NCBI GenBank assembly: GCA_964450885.1
Contig: CAYVFE010000001.1
Coordinates: forward strand, 160,489-224,488
Source: an uncultured Gammaproteobacteria bacterium
GTDB taxonomy: Bacteria; Patescibacteriota; Microgenomatia; Levybacterales; GWA1-39-11
Length of the DNA stretch: 64,000 nt
Direction: 5' to 3'
In this document: piece by piece, positions 1 to 11,720 of the stretch
How positions within the stretch are numbered: position 1 is the first letter of the stretch
Layout of the letters: each line of letters starts with the position of its first letter
Notes under the pieces: model-generated
The model's database searches: none
What the model saw: only the letters and a program-made list of their open reading frames with translations
Told to the model about the DNA's origin: nothing
Program-made: the position numbers and the translations under genes

Positions 1-753
1 TTTCGCTGTGGTTTTTTAGGACTTTTACACGCACAGATTGTAGTTGAGAGAATAGAGCGAGAGTACAATGTAGATTCTTTTACGGCGCCACCAAGTATCG
101 TCTATAAAGTCGATGGCGAAGAGATAAGTAGCCCTAAGGATTTTGATATCTCAAAAAAAGATATAGCAGAACCGTATATTTTAGGTGAGATATATACGCC
201 GGTAAATTATCTAGGTAACATTCTGGAAATTATTTATTCGATGCGGGGTAAAGAAGGCGATATTGCTTATTTCGGGACTCAGGCAAGAGTAACCTTTGAG
301 ATGCCGATGGCCAGTATCGTCTATGATTTTTACGATAAATTGAAGTCGGCTTCAGCCGGATATGCATCGTTTGACTATGATCTTTTGGACTATCGAAGTT
401 CTGATTTGGAGAGAGTTGATATATCAGTCAACGACACAATAGTTCCTGAGCTTTCGTTTATTATCCATAAGACGCAGGTCGATAGTTTTGCAAGGAAGAT
501 CGTCAAGGCGCTTTCAGAGAGTATTCCAAAGCATAGTTTTCAGATAGCGGTCCGTGCACAAATTGGAGGAAAGATAATAGCATCAGAAAAAATCGGCGCC
601 TATATGAAGGACGTTACTGCAAAGCTTTACGGGGGAGACAGGACCAGGAAGGACAAGCTGCTGGATAAGCAAAAAGAAGGCAAGAAGAAGATGAAATCAA
701 TCGGTCGGGTAAACGTGCCTAAAGAAGCCTTTATGTCGGTTCTAAAGATATAG
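1..753 (+). CDS. lepA: Elongation factor 4 (LepA), C-terminal portion; 5' end outside window
   Basis: Frame 1 is open from base 1 with no stop before 753. Translation GFLGLLHAQIVVERIEREYNVDSF...SAGYASFDYDLLDYRSSDLERVDISVN matches the conserved LepA domain IV and C-terminal-domain pattern. Confidence 0.85.
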   Translation, partial: FRCGFLGLLHAQIVVERIEREYNVDSFTAPPSIVYKVDGEEISSPKDFDISKKDIAEPYILGEIYTPVNYLGNILEIIYSMRGKEGDIAYFGTQARVTFEMPMASIVYDFYDKLKSASAGYASFDYDLLDYRSSDLERVDISVNDTIVPELSFIIHKTQVDSFARKIVKALSESIPKHSFQIAVRAQIGGKIIASEKIGAYMKDVTAKLYGGDRTRKDKLLDKQKEGKKKMKSIGRVNVPKEAFMSVLKI

Positions 754-1932
754 CTATAAGGCAATAAGCGCAAGTCCTCCCAGTACTATAAGAAGAAGAC
801 CTCCTATGATTATCGCTGTTGTCTCAATTCCGCCAGGATTTTCGATGGTTGGAGTTGGGGTATAGGTTGCAGTTGGTGCTATTCCGCTACCAGGTGCCTG
901 AGTAGGCTCTTCTACAACACTTTGATCTGAGACGGTTATGGTCTTTGTGCAAGAGCTACTTACGGCTCCGCTATTGTCAGTGAATACGACAGACGCATCA
1001 TATGTGCCGGCACTTTGATATGTGTGGGGGAGCTCTGTTGTTACAGATGCTGTTCCTAATCCTTCAGTTACATCTTGGACAACATTATCTCCGAAATTGA
1101 ACGTCGCTTTGATAATAGTGCCATCAGAATCTGATCCCTGCGAAGTAAGTGTTAACACGAAAGGAGCTGTTCCTGAGTCGGATGGAGACGAGACCAGGGT
1201 CGAGCAGACAGGCGACACGTTGGCGGCCCCTGTTGTTGGTGAAATAGTAGTAGTTATAGAAGGTGTTGTCGATGGATCTTCCCCACCTGTCCCGTCGGTA
1301 GGACTTGGAGACGGAGATGTCGATGGAGACGGAGAGGTTGATGGTTCAGTTTCTGTTTCCCCATCTGCGCACGCTTCACTTATGGTGACCTGTGCTTGAC
1401 TACCGCTCAAAAATACATTTTCTGTGTCAGCATCATTATTCGATAACGAGAATACTCTGGTTTTGGAGCTATCTATAGTTATGGTCGCATTGTCATCCCC
1501 AGTTCCCGCGACTGGAATTATGGTGATAGTGGCTATGTCAACTGGCGTTTTGATTGCGTCGGTAACACTCGATCCGATATTGAGTACTATGCTTGCTTGA
1601 CCATTTGATTTATTGAAAGCCCTAAGAATTTCTTTAAATACAGTAGTATTAGGGGTTAGTTCGATGTCAAATTTAGTTGAGTCATAAGTTAGGAATAGTT
1701 CTACGGTCGATACTATATTTTCACCCGGGTCGAGCTTCAGTGTGGTCGTTTGCTCGCTGCATTCATTTTCTCCAAAATTAACTGTTTGTGGTGAAAAGCT
1801 GATAGTTGTTGTCGGGGATGCTTTTGACCTTACGTCCTGCTGGCGGCTTATGAAAAATAGCGTTAATGGAATTACAGCAAGAAGAAGCGCAATATTTCCA
1901 AGTATAAAATACTTATTTTTCAAAATTTTCAT
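754..1932 (-). CDS. Cell-surface protein: N-terminal signal/TM, beta-sandwich region, Ser/Pro/Thr linker, PKD-like domain, C-terminal hydrophobic anchor
   Basis: 392 aa ORF. N-terminal hydrophobic segment ILGNIALLLAVIPLTLFF. Linker PSTSPSPSTSPSPSPTDG. PKD-like pattern ...FNFGDNVV...HTYQSAGTYDASVVFTDNSGA. C-terminal TTAIIIGGLLLIVLGGLALIAL with no LPXTG. Confidence 0.55.
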   Translation of the reverse strand: MKILKNKYFILGNIALLLAVIPLTLFFISRQQDVRSKASPTTTISFSPQTVNFGENECSEQTTTLKLDPGENIVSTVELFLTYDSTKFDIELTPNTTVFKEILRAFNKSNGQASIVLNIGSSVTDAIKTPVDIATITIIPVAGTGDDNATITIDSSKTRVFSLSNNDADTENVFLSGSQAQVTISEACADGETETEPSTSPSPSTSPSPSPTDGTGGEDPSTTPSITTTISPTTGAANVSPVCSTLVSSPSDSGTAPFVLTLTSQGSDSDGTIIKATFNFGDNVVQDVTEGLGTASVTTELPHTYQSAGTYDASVVFTDNSGAVSSSCTKTITVSDQSVVEEPTQAPGSGIAPTATYTPTPTIENPGGIETTAIIIGGLLLIVLGGLALIAL

Positions 1933-2010
1933 CTACTTTCAAGCGTACTCATTATGGAGATTAAAGTCAATATAATTTTGTTCCTTATGAGTCTAAAATT
2001 AGCAGATGTA

Positions 2011-2039
2011 TTGACAAACTGACAGCTCTGTTGTAAACT
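2011..2039 (+). promoter_or_regulatory. Sigma70-like promoter candidate for groES-groEL (TTGACA-N17-TAAACT)
   Basis: ttgaca at 2011-2016, 17 nt spacer, taaact at 2034-2039, about 45 nt upstream of groES. No CIRCE palindrome is evident here. Confidence 0.3.
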
Positions 2040-2084
2040 TTTTTCCTAATTGGTTAGAGAGAAAAAGTAATTTACACTGATAAT

Positions 2085-4065
<1,981 letters not shown>

Positions 4066-4109
4066 TCTCAAATATATACTTCATTAATTTTCCCTTATAA
4101 TACAACCAT

Positions 4110-4931
4110 ATGGTTGATGTTCATTGTCATCTCAATCTTCATAAGTTTGATGAGGATTATGATGACGTAATAAAAGAGGCCCTTTCTAAGGGTGTAAATA
4201 CAATAGTAAATACAGGGACTTCTATACCATCGTCTCGAAAAGCGGTAGAGCTTGCCCAAAAGTACGATAGTCTTTATGCGATAGTCGGAATCCATCCGCA
4301 TCATGCAGATAAGACTGATGTGGAATTTGAGGGAGAGCTTCATGAGGATTGGCTACAAGAGCTGGAAAAAATTGCTAGGTCTTCAAAAAAAGTTATCGGA
4401 ATAGGCGAAATAGGAATGGATTATTTTTCCTATAAATCTAATGGAATAGTTGAACGTCAACTACAAGAGGATGCATTTCGAAAACAGATAGAACTTTCTA
4501 TTAAATTAAACCTGCCTTTACAAATTCACAATCGTCTTGCTTGGGATGATACATTAAATATTCTCCTTGAATATAAAAGCAGGCTCCAAAATCCTCTTGG
4601 AATGTTCCATTGTTATTCCGGATCCATAGAGTTTACCCGAAAGGTCCTTTCTGCCGGATTCTATCTGGGATTTGATGGAAACGTAACATATAAAGGACTT
4701 CCGCCAAAGGAGGACACAGCACTGGTCGATTTGTTAAGATATGTGCCTGTTGATAGGATACTTACAGAGACTGATAGTCCATTTCTTGCGCCGGAGCCGC
4801 TTCGGGGAAGACGAAATACACCAGCAAATATTCCTGTGATACTTGAATTTATTGCAAAGGAAAAAGGTATTACCTATAATAAACTGGAGCTACAAATAGA
4901 CAACAATTTTAGAGAAGTTTTTTCCATTTAA
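4110..4931 (+). CDS. tatD: TatD-family metal-dependent hydrolase (DNase)
   Basis: N-terminal VDVHCHLNL metal-binding motif, IGEIGMDY and an HNR pattern typical of TatD/YcfH. Confidence 0.85.
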   Translation: MVDVHCHLNLHKFDEDYDDVIKEALSKGVNTIVNTGTSIPSSRKAVELAQKYDSLYAIVGIHPHHADKTDVEFEGELHEDWLQELEKIARSSKKVIGIGEIGMDYFSYKSNGIVERQLQEDAFRKQIELSIKLNLPLQIHNRLAWDDTLNILLEYKSRLQNPLGMFHCYSGSIEFTRKVLSAGFYLGFDGNVTYKGLPPKEDTALVDLLRYVPVDRILTETDSPFLAPEPLRGRRNTPANIPVILEFIAKEKGITYNKLELQIDNNFREVFSI

Positions 4932-4932
4932 C

Positions 4933-6432
4933 ATGCATGGCACATTTGAAAAATTTTTTACCCGCTACCCAAATAAGTCAAAGAGATTGCTTGAGATAAT
5001 CCCACCTTTGATCGGGCTTTTTTTGGTTACGTTGCCTTTTTGGGGATCGCTTATATTCCCCGTACAGCTTGCCTATTTCATAATTTTTTTCAACGTCTAC
5101 TGGCTTTATAAGTCTGCGAACTTGGCGGTTACGTCGTGGATCGCTTCCAGAAAGATTCATGAAGCTGAGAAAAAGGATTGGTTAGGTGAGGCAGAAAAAC
5201 TCAAGAATTATGATAAGGTAAATCATCTGATCGTAATCCCTAGCTACAAAGAAACATCTGAGAAGATCAGACTCACTCTCGAAAGTATCAAGAATCAGAC
5301 ATTTCCAAAAGACAGGATGTTTATATATCTTGCGTTAGAAGAAAGAGAAGAAAATGTTAAGGAGAAGGTGATGGGACTTAAAAAAGAGTATGAGAAGATT
5401 TTTGGTGGATTCTACTACACTTTGCATCCTGATCTTCCACACGAAGTTAAAGGAAAGTCCTCAAATCAGGCATTTGCAGCAAGAGATGCTTATAAAGAGC
5501 TTGTGGAAAGGAAGAAGCTTGATATAGATTATATGACTGTTTCGTCAGTTGATGCGGACGTGCTATTTGACAGGCAGTTTTATTCGTACCTTGCACATTC
5601 TTTCTTGACATCTTCTGATCCTCATTATGCCTTTTGGCAATCGGCGAATGTGAACTATAATAATTTCTGGAAAGTCCCGTCATTTACCAGAATCATTTCT
5701 TTTTTTGGAAGTTTGTGGAGAACGTCGATTTTGGTCCAGCACGTGAGGCTAATTCCAAACTCCGTCTATTCGCTTTCGTTCAAACTTTTACATAATCTTG
5801 ATTATTGGGATACAGATGTAATTCCAGAGGATTATAGAATATTTTTCAAAGCGTATTTTAAGACCAAAGGTAGAGTAACGGTAGAGCCAATTTTCCTAAA
5901 AACCTCTATGGATGCGGCTGAGTCCAATTCTTATGTCAGGAGTCTGATGAATAAATACCATCAGGAGAGGCGCTGGTCATGGGGAATTGCTGACGACGCA
6001 CTCTATATCAGATGGTATCTTACGATAAAAGGTGTGCCTTTCGTAAAAAAAACTCTTCTAGTCGCAAATGTAGTTATGGATCATATCCTTTGGCCTGTTA
6101 ATTGGTTTTTCATAACGGTCTCTGCAAATGCAGTAGTCATCCTAAATCCAGTCTTTTCAAGAACCAATTTAGGATACACGCTACCTCAGCTTTCAGGATT
6201 TATATTGACACTTTGTCTGGTTTCTTTAGTGGGGATGATATATGTTGACTATACGATGAGGTCCCGCAGTGTTTTTGCGAAGCAATCAAAAATCAGACAG
6301 CTTCTATTTCCGCTCGAGTTTGCGTTTATGCCGATCGGAGGTTTCTTGCTTTCTGCTCTTCCTGCTTTGATCACTCAAATTCAGCTTATAAGCGGGAAAC
6401 GAATGGAATATAAGGTAACCGACAAAGTATAG
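4933..6432 (+). CDS. Membrane-integrated processive family-2 glycosyltransferase (cellulose/chitin-synthase-like)
   Basis: N- and C-terminal TM helices. Cytoplasmic GT-A region with a VSSVDADVLFD Asp pair and HQERRWSWG, the QxxRW motif of processive beta-glycosyltransferases. Confidence 0.75.
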   Translation: MHGTFEKFFTRYPNKSKRLLEIIPPLIGLFLVTLPFWGSLIFPVQLAYFIIFFNVYWLYKSANLAVTSWIASRKIHEAEKKDWLGEAEKLKNYDKVNHLIVIPSYKETSEKIRLTLESIKNQTFPKDRMFIYLALEEREENVKEKVMGLKKEYEKIFGGFYYTLHPDLPHEVKGKSSNQAFAARDAYKELVERKKLDIDYMTVSSVDADVLFDRQFYSYLAHSFLTSSDPHYAFWQSANVNYNNFWKVPSFTRIISFFGSLWRTSILVQHVRLIPNSVYSLSFKLLHNLDYWDTDVIPEDYRIFFKAYFKTKGRVTVEPIFLKTSMDAAESNSYVRSLMNKYHQERRWSWGIADDALYIRWYLTIKGVPFVKKTLLVANVVMDHILWPVNWFFITVSANAVVILNPVFSRTNLGYTLPQLSGFILTLCLVSLVGMIYVDYTMRSRSVFAKQSKIRQLLFPLEFAFMPIGGFLLSALPALITQIQLISGKRMEYKVTDKV

Positions 6433-6434
6433 GT

Positions 6435-7922
6435 ATGAAGTACCCAAGTTTTTTCAGAAAAGAGATAAAATTCTATAAAGATGCATGGATCCTTGTTATA
6501 TTAGTCCTGGTTTTTATACTTTTAAGAATGCCATCTCTTGTTGAGCCACACTGGTATGGAGATGAAGGAATATATCAAGTCATAGGAAAAGCGCTCACCT
6601 CAGGCAGGATATTGTATCAAGATATATGGGACAACAAACCTCCGATACTTTATTTTATCTACGCTCTATTTAACGGTGACCAATTTCTGACAAGAGCCTT
6701 TTCGCTTTTGGTTGGAGTATTTTCTGTCGTATCTTTTTATTCTCTTGCAAAAATGCTTTTTGAGAAAAGCAAAAGTATAATTATCGCAACATCTATATAT
6801 GTAATTTTTCTGGGGAGCCCGATTATTGAAGGAAATATTGCTAACGCAGAAAATTTCATGCACCTGCCTATAGTTCTTTCTGCGATTTTTGTCCTAAAAT
6901 TCCACAAAGGAAAAAGACTAAGGTATTTATTCATAGCGGGACTGTTGTTGTCTATAGCATTTATGACAAAAATAGTTGCAATATTCGAGTTCTTAGCATT
7001 TTTGGTTTTCATTTTCGTCGTCCACAAAGAGCATCTTTTTAACGGAAAATTAAAAGATTTGGTGGATTTTGCTAAGTACAGAAAAGAGGCTTTATATATT
7101 TCAGGTTTTTTGATATTTCCTATAATTTTTTCTCTGTATTTTGTAGTAGTCGGTGCATTCCCCGATTTTTTATCTGGGGTATTATCTGAGAATATCGACT
7201 ATGTTGGAGTTGAGAATAGTTTTATCTTTCCTATGGGGATATTGCTTTTTAAGGCTATTGTCGCCTTGGTTTTGCTTTCAATTCTTTTGTACAAGCGGAA
7301 AAGCTTCTCGGATAAAAATCTATTTTTGTACCTTTGGTTGATATTTGCGATGTTCAGTACATTTTTCTCTCAGAGGCCATATCTTCACTATATGTTAATG
7401 CTTTCTTTGCCTTTTGCGTTTTTTGTAGGCAGTATTTTTGAGACTTCAAAAAATCGGGTATTAAAGATAGTTGCTGTACTAGCTATCGCGATAATTGTCT
7501 ATATGAACTTTGGTATATATAAGAAAAATATAGCGTATTACCAAAACTACATAGCATTCATGCTCTTTGACAAGAAGATAGATGACTATAGATCTTTTTT
7601 TGATAGTAATACTTTGAGGGATTATGAACTTGCGCGTTTCATTGGTAGTTTTGCCAATGGAAAAGATGAAGATGTGTTTTTATGGAGCGATAGCGGACAG
7701 ATATATGCGCTTTCCGATACTTTACCTCCCGGTAAATATATTGTTGCTTACCACATTACATATTATAATAACGCAGTGACTTATATGATGGATCAGGTCG
7801 AAAAGACAGAGCCGAAATATATAATACAGACCAAAGAGTCTCCGGAATTCAGAAAATTCCTTCCTTCGTATATATTAAAATATAAAATAAAGGATGCAAG
7901 TATTTATGAAAGGGAGAATTAA
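6435..7922 (+). CDS. Polytopic GT-C fold glycosyltransferase (ArnT/PMT, GT39/83-like)
   Basis: Ten or more predicted TM helices. N-terminal loop HWYGDEGIYQVIGKAL...YQDIWDNKPPILYFI resembles the DE..Y...KPP loop of ArnT/PMT family enzymes. Confidence 0.55.
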   Translation: MKYPSFFRKEIKFYKDAWILVILVLVFILLRMPSLVEPHWYGDEGIYQVIGKALTSGRILYQDIWDNKPPILYFIYALFNGDQFLTRAFSLLVGVFSVVSFYSLAKMLFEKSKSIIIATSIYVIFLGSPIIEGNIANAENFMHLPIVLSAIFVLKFHKGKRLRYLFIAGLLLSIAFMTKIVAIFEFLAFLVFIFVVHKEHLFNGKLKDLVDFAKYRKEALYISGFLIFPIIFSLYFVVVGAFPDFLSGVLSENIDYVGVENSFIFPMGILLFKAIVALVLLSILLYKRKSFSDKNLFLYLWLIFAMFSTFFSQRPYLHYMLMLSLPFAFFVGSIFETSKNRVLKIVAVLAIAIIVYMNFGIYKKNIAYYQNYIAFMLFDKKIDDYRSFFDSNTLRDYELARFIGSFANGKDEDVFLWSDSGQIYALSDTLPPGKYIVAYHITYYNNAVTYMMDQVEKTEPKYIIQTKESPEFRKFLPSYILKYKIKDASIYEREN

Positions 7923-8259
7923 ATTTTTATACAAAGATAGATTTATTTTATATTCATTTATCTTAACTGTTATTTTTACTATTCTATTTAGTCTTTCTGT
8001 AGTTTTTTCCTATACTAGTTTGCCGCCGCTTGTCCCGATTTTCAGCAGTATGCCTTGGGGGATGAGGAGGCTATATTCTTCAGAAATAATAATTTTCTTG
8101 CCGCTTATTATAATTTCGGTTGTTATAGTAAATATTTCTATCGCTGCTGTAATATATAAAAAATTTACCCTTCTAAGCCGTGTAATTTCATTTAATACAT
8201 TTTTGTTTTGTCTGCTCGCGACACTTGCATATTTACAGATATTATTCCTAATTTATTAA
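7894..8259 (+). CDS. Small hypothetical membrane protein (3 TM)
   Basis: 121 aa hydrophobic ORF packed between the GT-C gene and the WecA-like gene. Its stop (8257-8259) shares one base with the next start (TAATG). Confidence 0.35.
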   Translation: MQVFMKGRIKFLYKDRFILYSFILTVIFTILFSLSVVFSYTSLPPLVPIFSSMPWGMRRLYSSEIIIFLPLIIISVVIVNISIAAVIYKKFTLLSRVISFNTFLFCLLATLAYLQILFLIY

Positions 8260-9320
8260 TGGAGACAATCTACTTACTTTCTTTTGGTCTGACATTCCTT
8301 TTGACTGTAGTTTTGATTCCGCCCACGATAATACTTGCCATAAGATTTGGGATGGTTGATGATCCCAAAAAGCATAAGCATCCTGCAATCCTTCATAAAA
8401 GAACTATTCCCCGCGCAGGTGGAGTGCCTATATTTATAGCGATTGCAGTTGTTGCGCTGATTTTATTACCAAAAACAACTCTTAATATGTCTATCATTGC
8501 GGCTTCGTTTATTACGATCGTAACCGGAATCCTGGATGACAAATATGATCTTTCTCCCTATATAAGATTTATGGTGAATATATTTTGTGCATTGATCGTA
8601 GTATTTGCGGGTGTGTCTATTCCTTTCATAACGAATCCATTAGGAGGGATTTTGTATTTTGATAAGTTCTTGATTTTTTCACTATGGGGCTTTGACTTTA
8701 CTGTAGCGTCAGCGCTTGCAGTTATGTGGATTGTTTGGGTTATGAATATGCTCAACTGGAGTAAGGGAGTTGATGGACAGATGCCTGGAATTGCCGCAAT
8801 CTCAGCGATCATTATCGGGCTAGCCTCATTGAGATTTGTACCGATAGAGACAATAAATATCGAGACTGCACAATTCTCTTTTATGGTTGCTGGCGCAGCT
8901 CTTGGATTTTTGGTCTTCAATTTCTATCCTGCGAGAATTTTCCCAGGATATAGCGCAACGGTTCTGGGATTTTTACTGGGAGTATTATCTATCACCTCAG
9001 GTGTGAAGCTTGCGACAGCGGTGCTGGTAATGGGAGTGCCGACAGTTGACGCTATATTTACGATAATACGAAGGGTAATCTCAAAAAAATCTCCATTTTG
9101 GCATGACAAAGGTCATTTGCATCATCTGCTTTTAAAATACGGTCTTTCACATAGAAAAATCGCACTCTTCTATTGGTCGATGTCTCTTATCTTAGGATTG
9201 GTGGCACTTAGCTCATCAAGTTGGGGTAAGTTATTTGCTATAATTCTACTAATTGTCTTATTTAGTGGGCTTTTCTTTACATTAAAGTTCATAACCAAAA
9301 AAGAAAACGAATATGAATAA
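8259..9320 (+). CDS. Polyprenyl-phosphate N-acetylhexosamine-1-phosphate transferase (MraY/WecA family, GT4)
   Basis: Start taken at ATG 8259 (METIYLLSFGL...). Motifs MVDDPKKHKHP, TGILDDKYDLSPY and NMLNWSKGVDGQMPG match conserved MraY/WecA cytoplasmic loops. Confidence 0.8.
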   Translation: METIYLLSFGLTFLLTVVLIPPTIILAIRFGMVDDPKKHKHPAILHKRTIPRAGGVPIFIAIAVVALILLPKTTLNMSIIAASFITIVTGILDDKYDLSPYIRFMVNIFCALIVVFAGVSIPFITNPLGGILYFDKFLIFSLWGFDFTVASALAVMWIVWVMNMLNWSKGVDGQMPGIAAISAIIIGLASLRFVPIETINIETAQFSFMVAGAALGFLVFNFYPARIFPGYSATVLGFLLGVLSITSGVKLATAVLVMGVPTVDAIFTIIRRVISKKSPFWHDKGHLHHLLLKYGLSHRKIALFYWSMSLILGLVALSSSSWGKLFAIILLIVLFSGLFFTLKFITKKENEYE

Positions 9321-10260
9321 CAATACTTATTATTTATTCAAACTCCTCAGGCCTAGACAGTGGACTAAGAATCTTGCATTATTTGCAGCGATAACCTTTT
9401 CAGGACAGTTGTTTAATTTAGATTCGTTGTGGCAGGTATTTTTGGGTTTTATAGCATTTTGCCTTCTATCATCATCTACTTATATCGTAAATGATCTACT
9501 CGACGTTCATAAAGATAGGCTCCATCCTTTTAAGAGAAACAGGCCTATCGCAAGCGGCAGGGTTAGTGTAAATCAAGCTTTGATTCTGCTTACATTTACG
9601 CTTGGTGTAGCACTTATTTCATCTTTCTACCTAAACTGGATATTTTTTATGATTGCAGTAATCTATTTGGTTCTGCAGATGCTGTATTCACTATTTTTCA
9701 AGTCGATCGCTGTTTTTGATATTCTATTTATAGCAACGGGTTATATTCTGAGAATTCTTGCCGGAGCATCTATCGCAAATTTTCATATTTCTGTCTGGCT
9801 CCTTTTGACAACAGTCTCTCTCTCACTTTTTCTAGCGACCGGAAAAAGACGTTCAGAGTTAACGCTCCTTCAAAATGTTAAGAAGATTAGGGTTGATGAA
9901 ATAAGAAAAAGTCTATCTCATTATTCGGAGCCACTTCTAGACTCCTTCTCTGTAATATTTGCTACATCTACCTTTATTTTCTATACTATGTTTACTTTTC
10001 TAGCAAATCCTACAGGGCTCCAGATCCAGATAGATGTATTACTTCCGGAATTTCTTCCATTTGAGCTTTTAAAAAGAAAATGGCTCATGATAACGATAAT
10101 TCCAGTGATTTATGGAATTATGCGGTATCTTCAGGACATATATGAGAAGAAGGAAGGAGAAAGTCCTGACAAAGTTCTTCTGTCCGACAAGTCACTACTG
10201 GGCGCCGTCATCCTATGGGCATTTTTGGTAGTTTTTATAATATACGTTCTAGGTGGTTAG
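9313..10260 (+). CDS. UbiA-family prenyltransferase (decaprenyl-phosphate phosphoribosyltransferase-like)
   Basis: NDLLDVHKDRLHP (NDxxDxxxD) and GKRRSE motifs, 8-9 TM helices. ATGA overlap with the upstream gene. Confidence 0.8.
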   Translation: MNNNTYYLFKLLRPRQWTKNLALFAAITFSGQLFNLDSLWQVFLGFIAFCLLSSSTYIVNDLLDVHKDRLHPFKRNRPIASGRVSVNQALILLTFTLGVALISSFYLNWIFFMIAVIYLVLQMLYSLFFKSIAVFDILFIATGYILRILAGASIANFHISVWLLLTTVSLSLFLATGKRRSELTLLQNVKKIRVDEIRKSLSHYSEPLLDSFSVIFATSTFIFYTMFTFLANPTGLQIQIDVLLPEFLPFELLKRKWLMITIIPVIYGIMRYLQDIYEKKEGESPDKVLLSDKSLLGAVILWAFLVVFIIYVLGG

Positions 10261-11135
10261 TTTATTTGAGCAAAATCGCTGCTGATAAATCCTGAAGTAG
10301 TATCATCTACTTGGATTTCGTACCATCCCGAGGCTTCACTTAGAACATCATAAGTTTCGCCACTATTTACCCGTGTCACCTCAGGAAAGTTCGTTCCAGC
10401 ACCACTTCGGACTCTTAAAAATCCATTTGGTGTTTGAGAAATCGTGAGGGTTTTCTCTTCATTTTCTATCTCTTCGAGGTCTTCATCGGTGGTAGGCTCT
10501 TCATCCGGGGATGCTTTTTCACTTTCGGAAATATCCTCTGATGCTTCTTGACCTCCCTGCGTTCCTAAGTATGCTTCGATTACAAGTCTATGATTTTCAA
10601 TCATTTGTATTTGCATAGTTTTTTCCTGAAAACCATTTTTGCTTATTCTTAGCTCATGTTCGGATGCAGAAAGATCGCTTGTCTGAAATGGGGTCGCGCC
10701 TTTCGCGGCGCTGTCGAGGGTCACTATTGCGTTATCGGGTAGTGTAGTTATAACAAGCTCGGGTTTTTCTGAGTTGATTTTCTCAAGAGTTAATATAGAA
10801 GCACTGGCATATGCGCCAGGTAAAAAAGTTCTTTCTACGGCTGTTAGTACTCCTCCATTGATCTTTACCTTCGTGCTGAAGGCTGCAAGACTTGAATCCT
10901 CAGGTTCTATTCGAAGATCGTACGTACCTGCTGCGATGGTTTCGTTTTCCGTGCATTTGCAAAGAGGGGCAGTTCCTATCTCTGTTCCGTTTAGAAAAAC
11001 TTTACCCTTTATATTTGTCGTTATTTGCAAAGCTCCTTTGCCTGGAGTCTTGAAGGAATCAAGGACCTTTACGAACAAAAATAGACCAGCAGTTATGAGT
11101 AATATCGCAAGTATAAAAAGAAGCTTTCTTACCAT
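10257..11135 (-). CDS. Secreted/anchored protein with PEGA-like and C-terminal bacterial SH3 (SH3b) domains
   Basis: N-terminal signal anchor. PEGA-like KGKVFLNGTEIGTAPL...GTYDLRIEP. C-terminal GFLRVRSGAGTNFPEVTRVNSGETYDVLSEASGWYEIQV is typical of SH3b. Confidence 0.55.
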   Translation of the reverse strand: MVRKLLFILAILLITAGLFLFVKVLDSFKTPGKGALQITTNIKGKVFLNGTEIGTAPLCKCTENETIAAGTYDLRIEPEDSSLAAFSTKVKINGGVLTAVERTFLPGAYASASILTLEKINSEKPELVITTLPDNAIVTLDSAAKGATPFQTSDLSASEHELRISKNGFQEKTMQIQMIENHRLVIEAYLGTQGGQEASEDISESEKASPDEEPTTDEDLEEIENEEKTLTISQTPNGFLRVRSGAGTNFPEVTRVNSGETYDVLSEASGWYEIQVDDTTSGFISSDFAQIN

Positions 11136-11164
11136 GAGGTAATGATATCAGAAGGTAAAACTAT

Positions 11165-11198
11165 TGACAAATTAGCAGTCAATATGATAGAGTGCTAA
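11165..11198 (+). promoter_or_regulatory. TTGACA -35 box followed by a CIRCE operator (TTAGCAGTC-N9-GAGTGCTAA) upstream of hsp20
   Basis: ttgaca at 11165-11170. ttagcagtc aatatgata gagtgctaa at 11172-11198, one mismatch to the HrcA consensus TTAGCACTC-N9-GAGTGCTAA. Confidence 0.6.
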
Positions 11199-11230
11199 TA
11201 TAAATTAAGAAAGATTGGAGGTGAGAAACT

Positions 11231-11668
11231 ATGGCAATAATTAGATGGAATCCTTGGAATATAGACCGTTTTTTTGAAGACGATTGGGATATGCCTACAG
11301 TTCCTGGTATTTCAAAGCTTATGGGACAGGGTCTAAACCTTTATGAGACAGAGGACGCGATAGTTGCAGAAGCTGCGCTTCCTGGTATCCCAGAGGATAA
11401 GATAGACGTGACATTTGAAAATGGCGTAGTTAGGGTTAGCGGAAGCGCTGAGGAGAAACAGGAAGAAAAGGAAAAGAGACGCTATTTTATGTCATCGATG
11501 GCAACTTCATATAATTACTCATTTAGAGTTCCAGAGGGAATCGTAAGTGATGGTGAACCTGAGGCAGAGATAGACGATGGGATACTAAGACTCACATTCA
11601 AAAAAGCCCAGAAAAAAGAACCAAAGAAAATAAAGATTACTAAAAAACTCAAGGTAGAGAATAAATAG
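11231..11668 (+). CDS. Small heat-shock protein (Hsp20/alpha-crystallin family)
   Basis: Strong RBS GGAGGTGA. Alpha-crystallin domain pattern AALPGIPEDKIDVTFENGVVRVSG. Confidence 0.85.
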   Translation: MAIIRWNPWNIDRFFEDDWDMPTVPGISKLMGQGLNLYETEDAIVAEAALPGIPEDKIDVTFENGVVRVSGSAEEKQEEKEKRRYFMSSMATSYNYSFRVPEGIVSDGEPEAEIDDGILRLTFKKAQKKEPKKIKITKKLKVENK

Positions 11669-11685
11669 TTCTTTGGGAATCTTTG

Positions 11686-11720
11686 AAAGCTCCTGCTTTT
11701 GCGCGGGAGCTTTCTATTTT
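11686..11720. terminator. Intrinsic terminator between convergent hsp20 and metG
   Basis: 11 bp stem aaagctcctgc / gcgggagcttt (one G-U pair) with a 6 nt loop, followed by tctatttt on the plus strand. It lies directly after the stops of both genes. Confidence 0.5.

Noticed and set aside
1022-1399. Plus-strand ORF (125 aa) and many similar 60-200 aa ORFs antisense to or nested in long genes (e.g. 2136-2522, 3081-3326, 16125-16742, 26978-27514, 47976-48518)
   Set aside because: They lie wholly inside longer ORFs with clear homology on the other strand or frame. They have low-complexity translations typical of antisense frames of repeat or Gly-rich genes, and no RBS.
1981-2040. Possible CIRCE upstream of groES (ttagcag near a TTGACA box)
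   Set aside because: Only the left half-site is present. No GAGTGCTAA-like right arm occurs at the required spacing, so it is recorded only as a promoter candidate.
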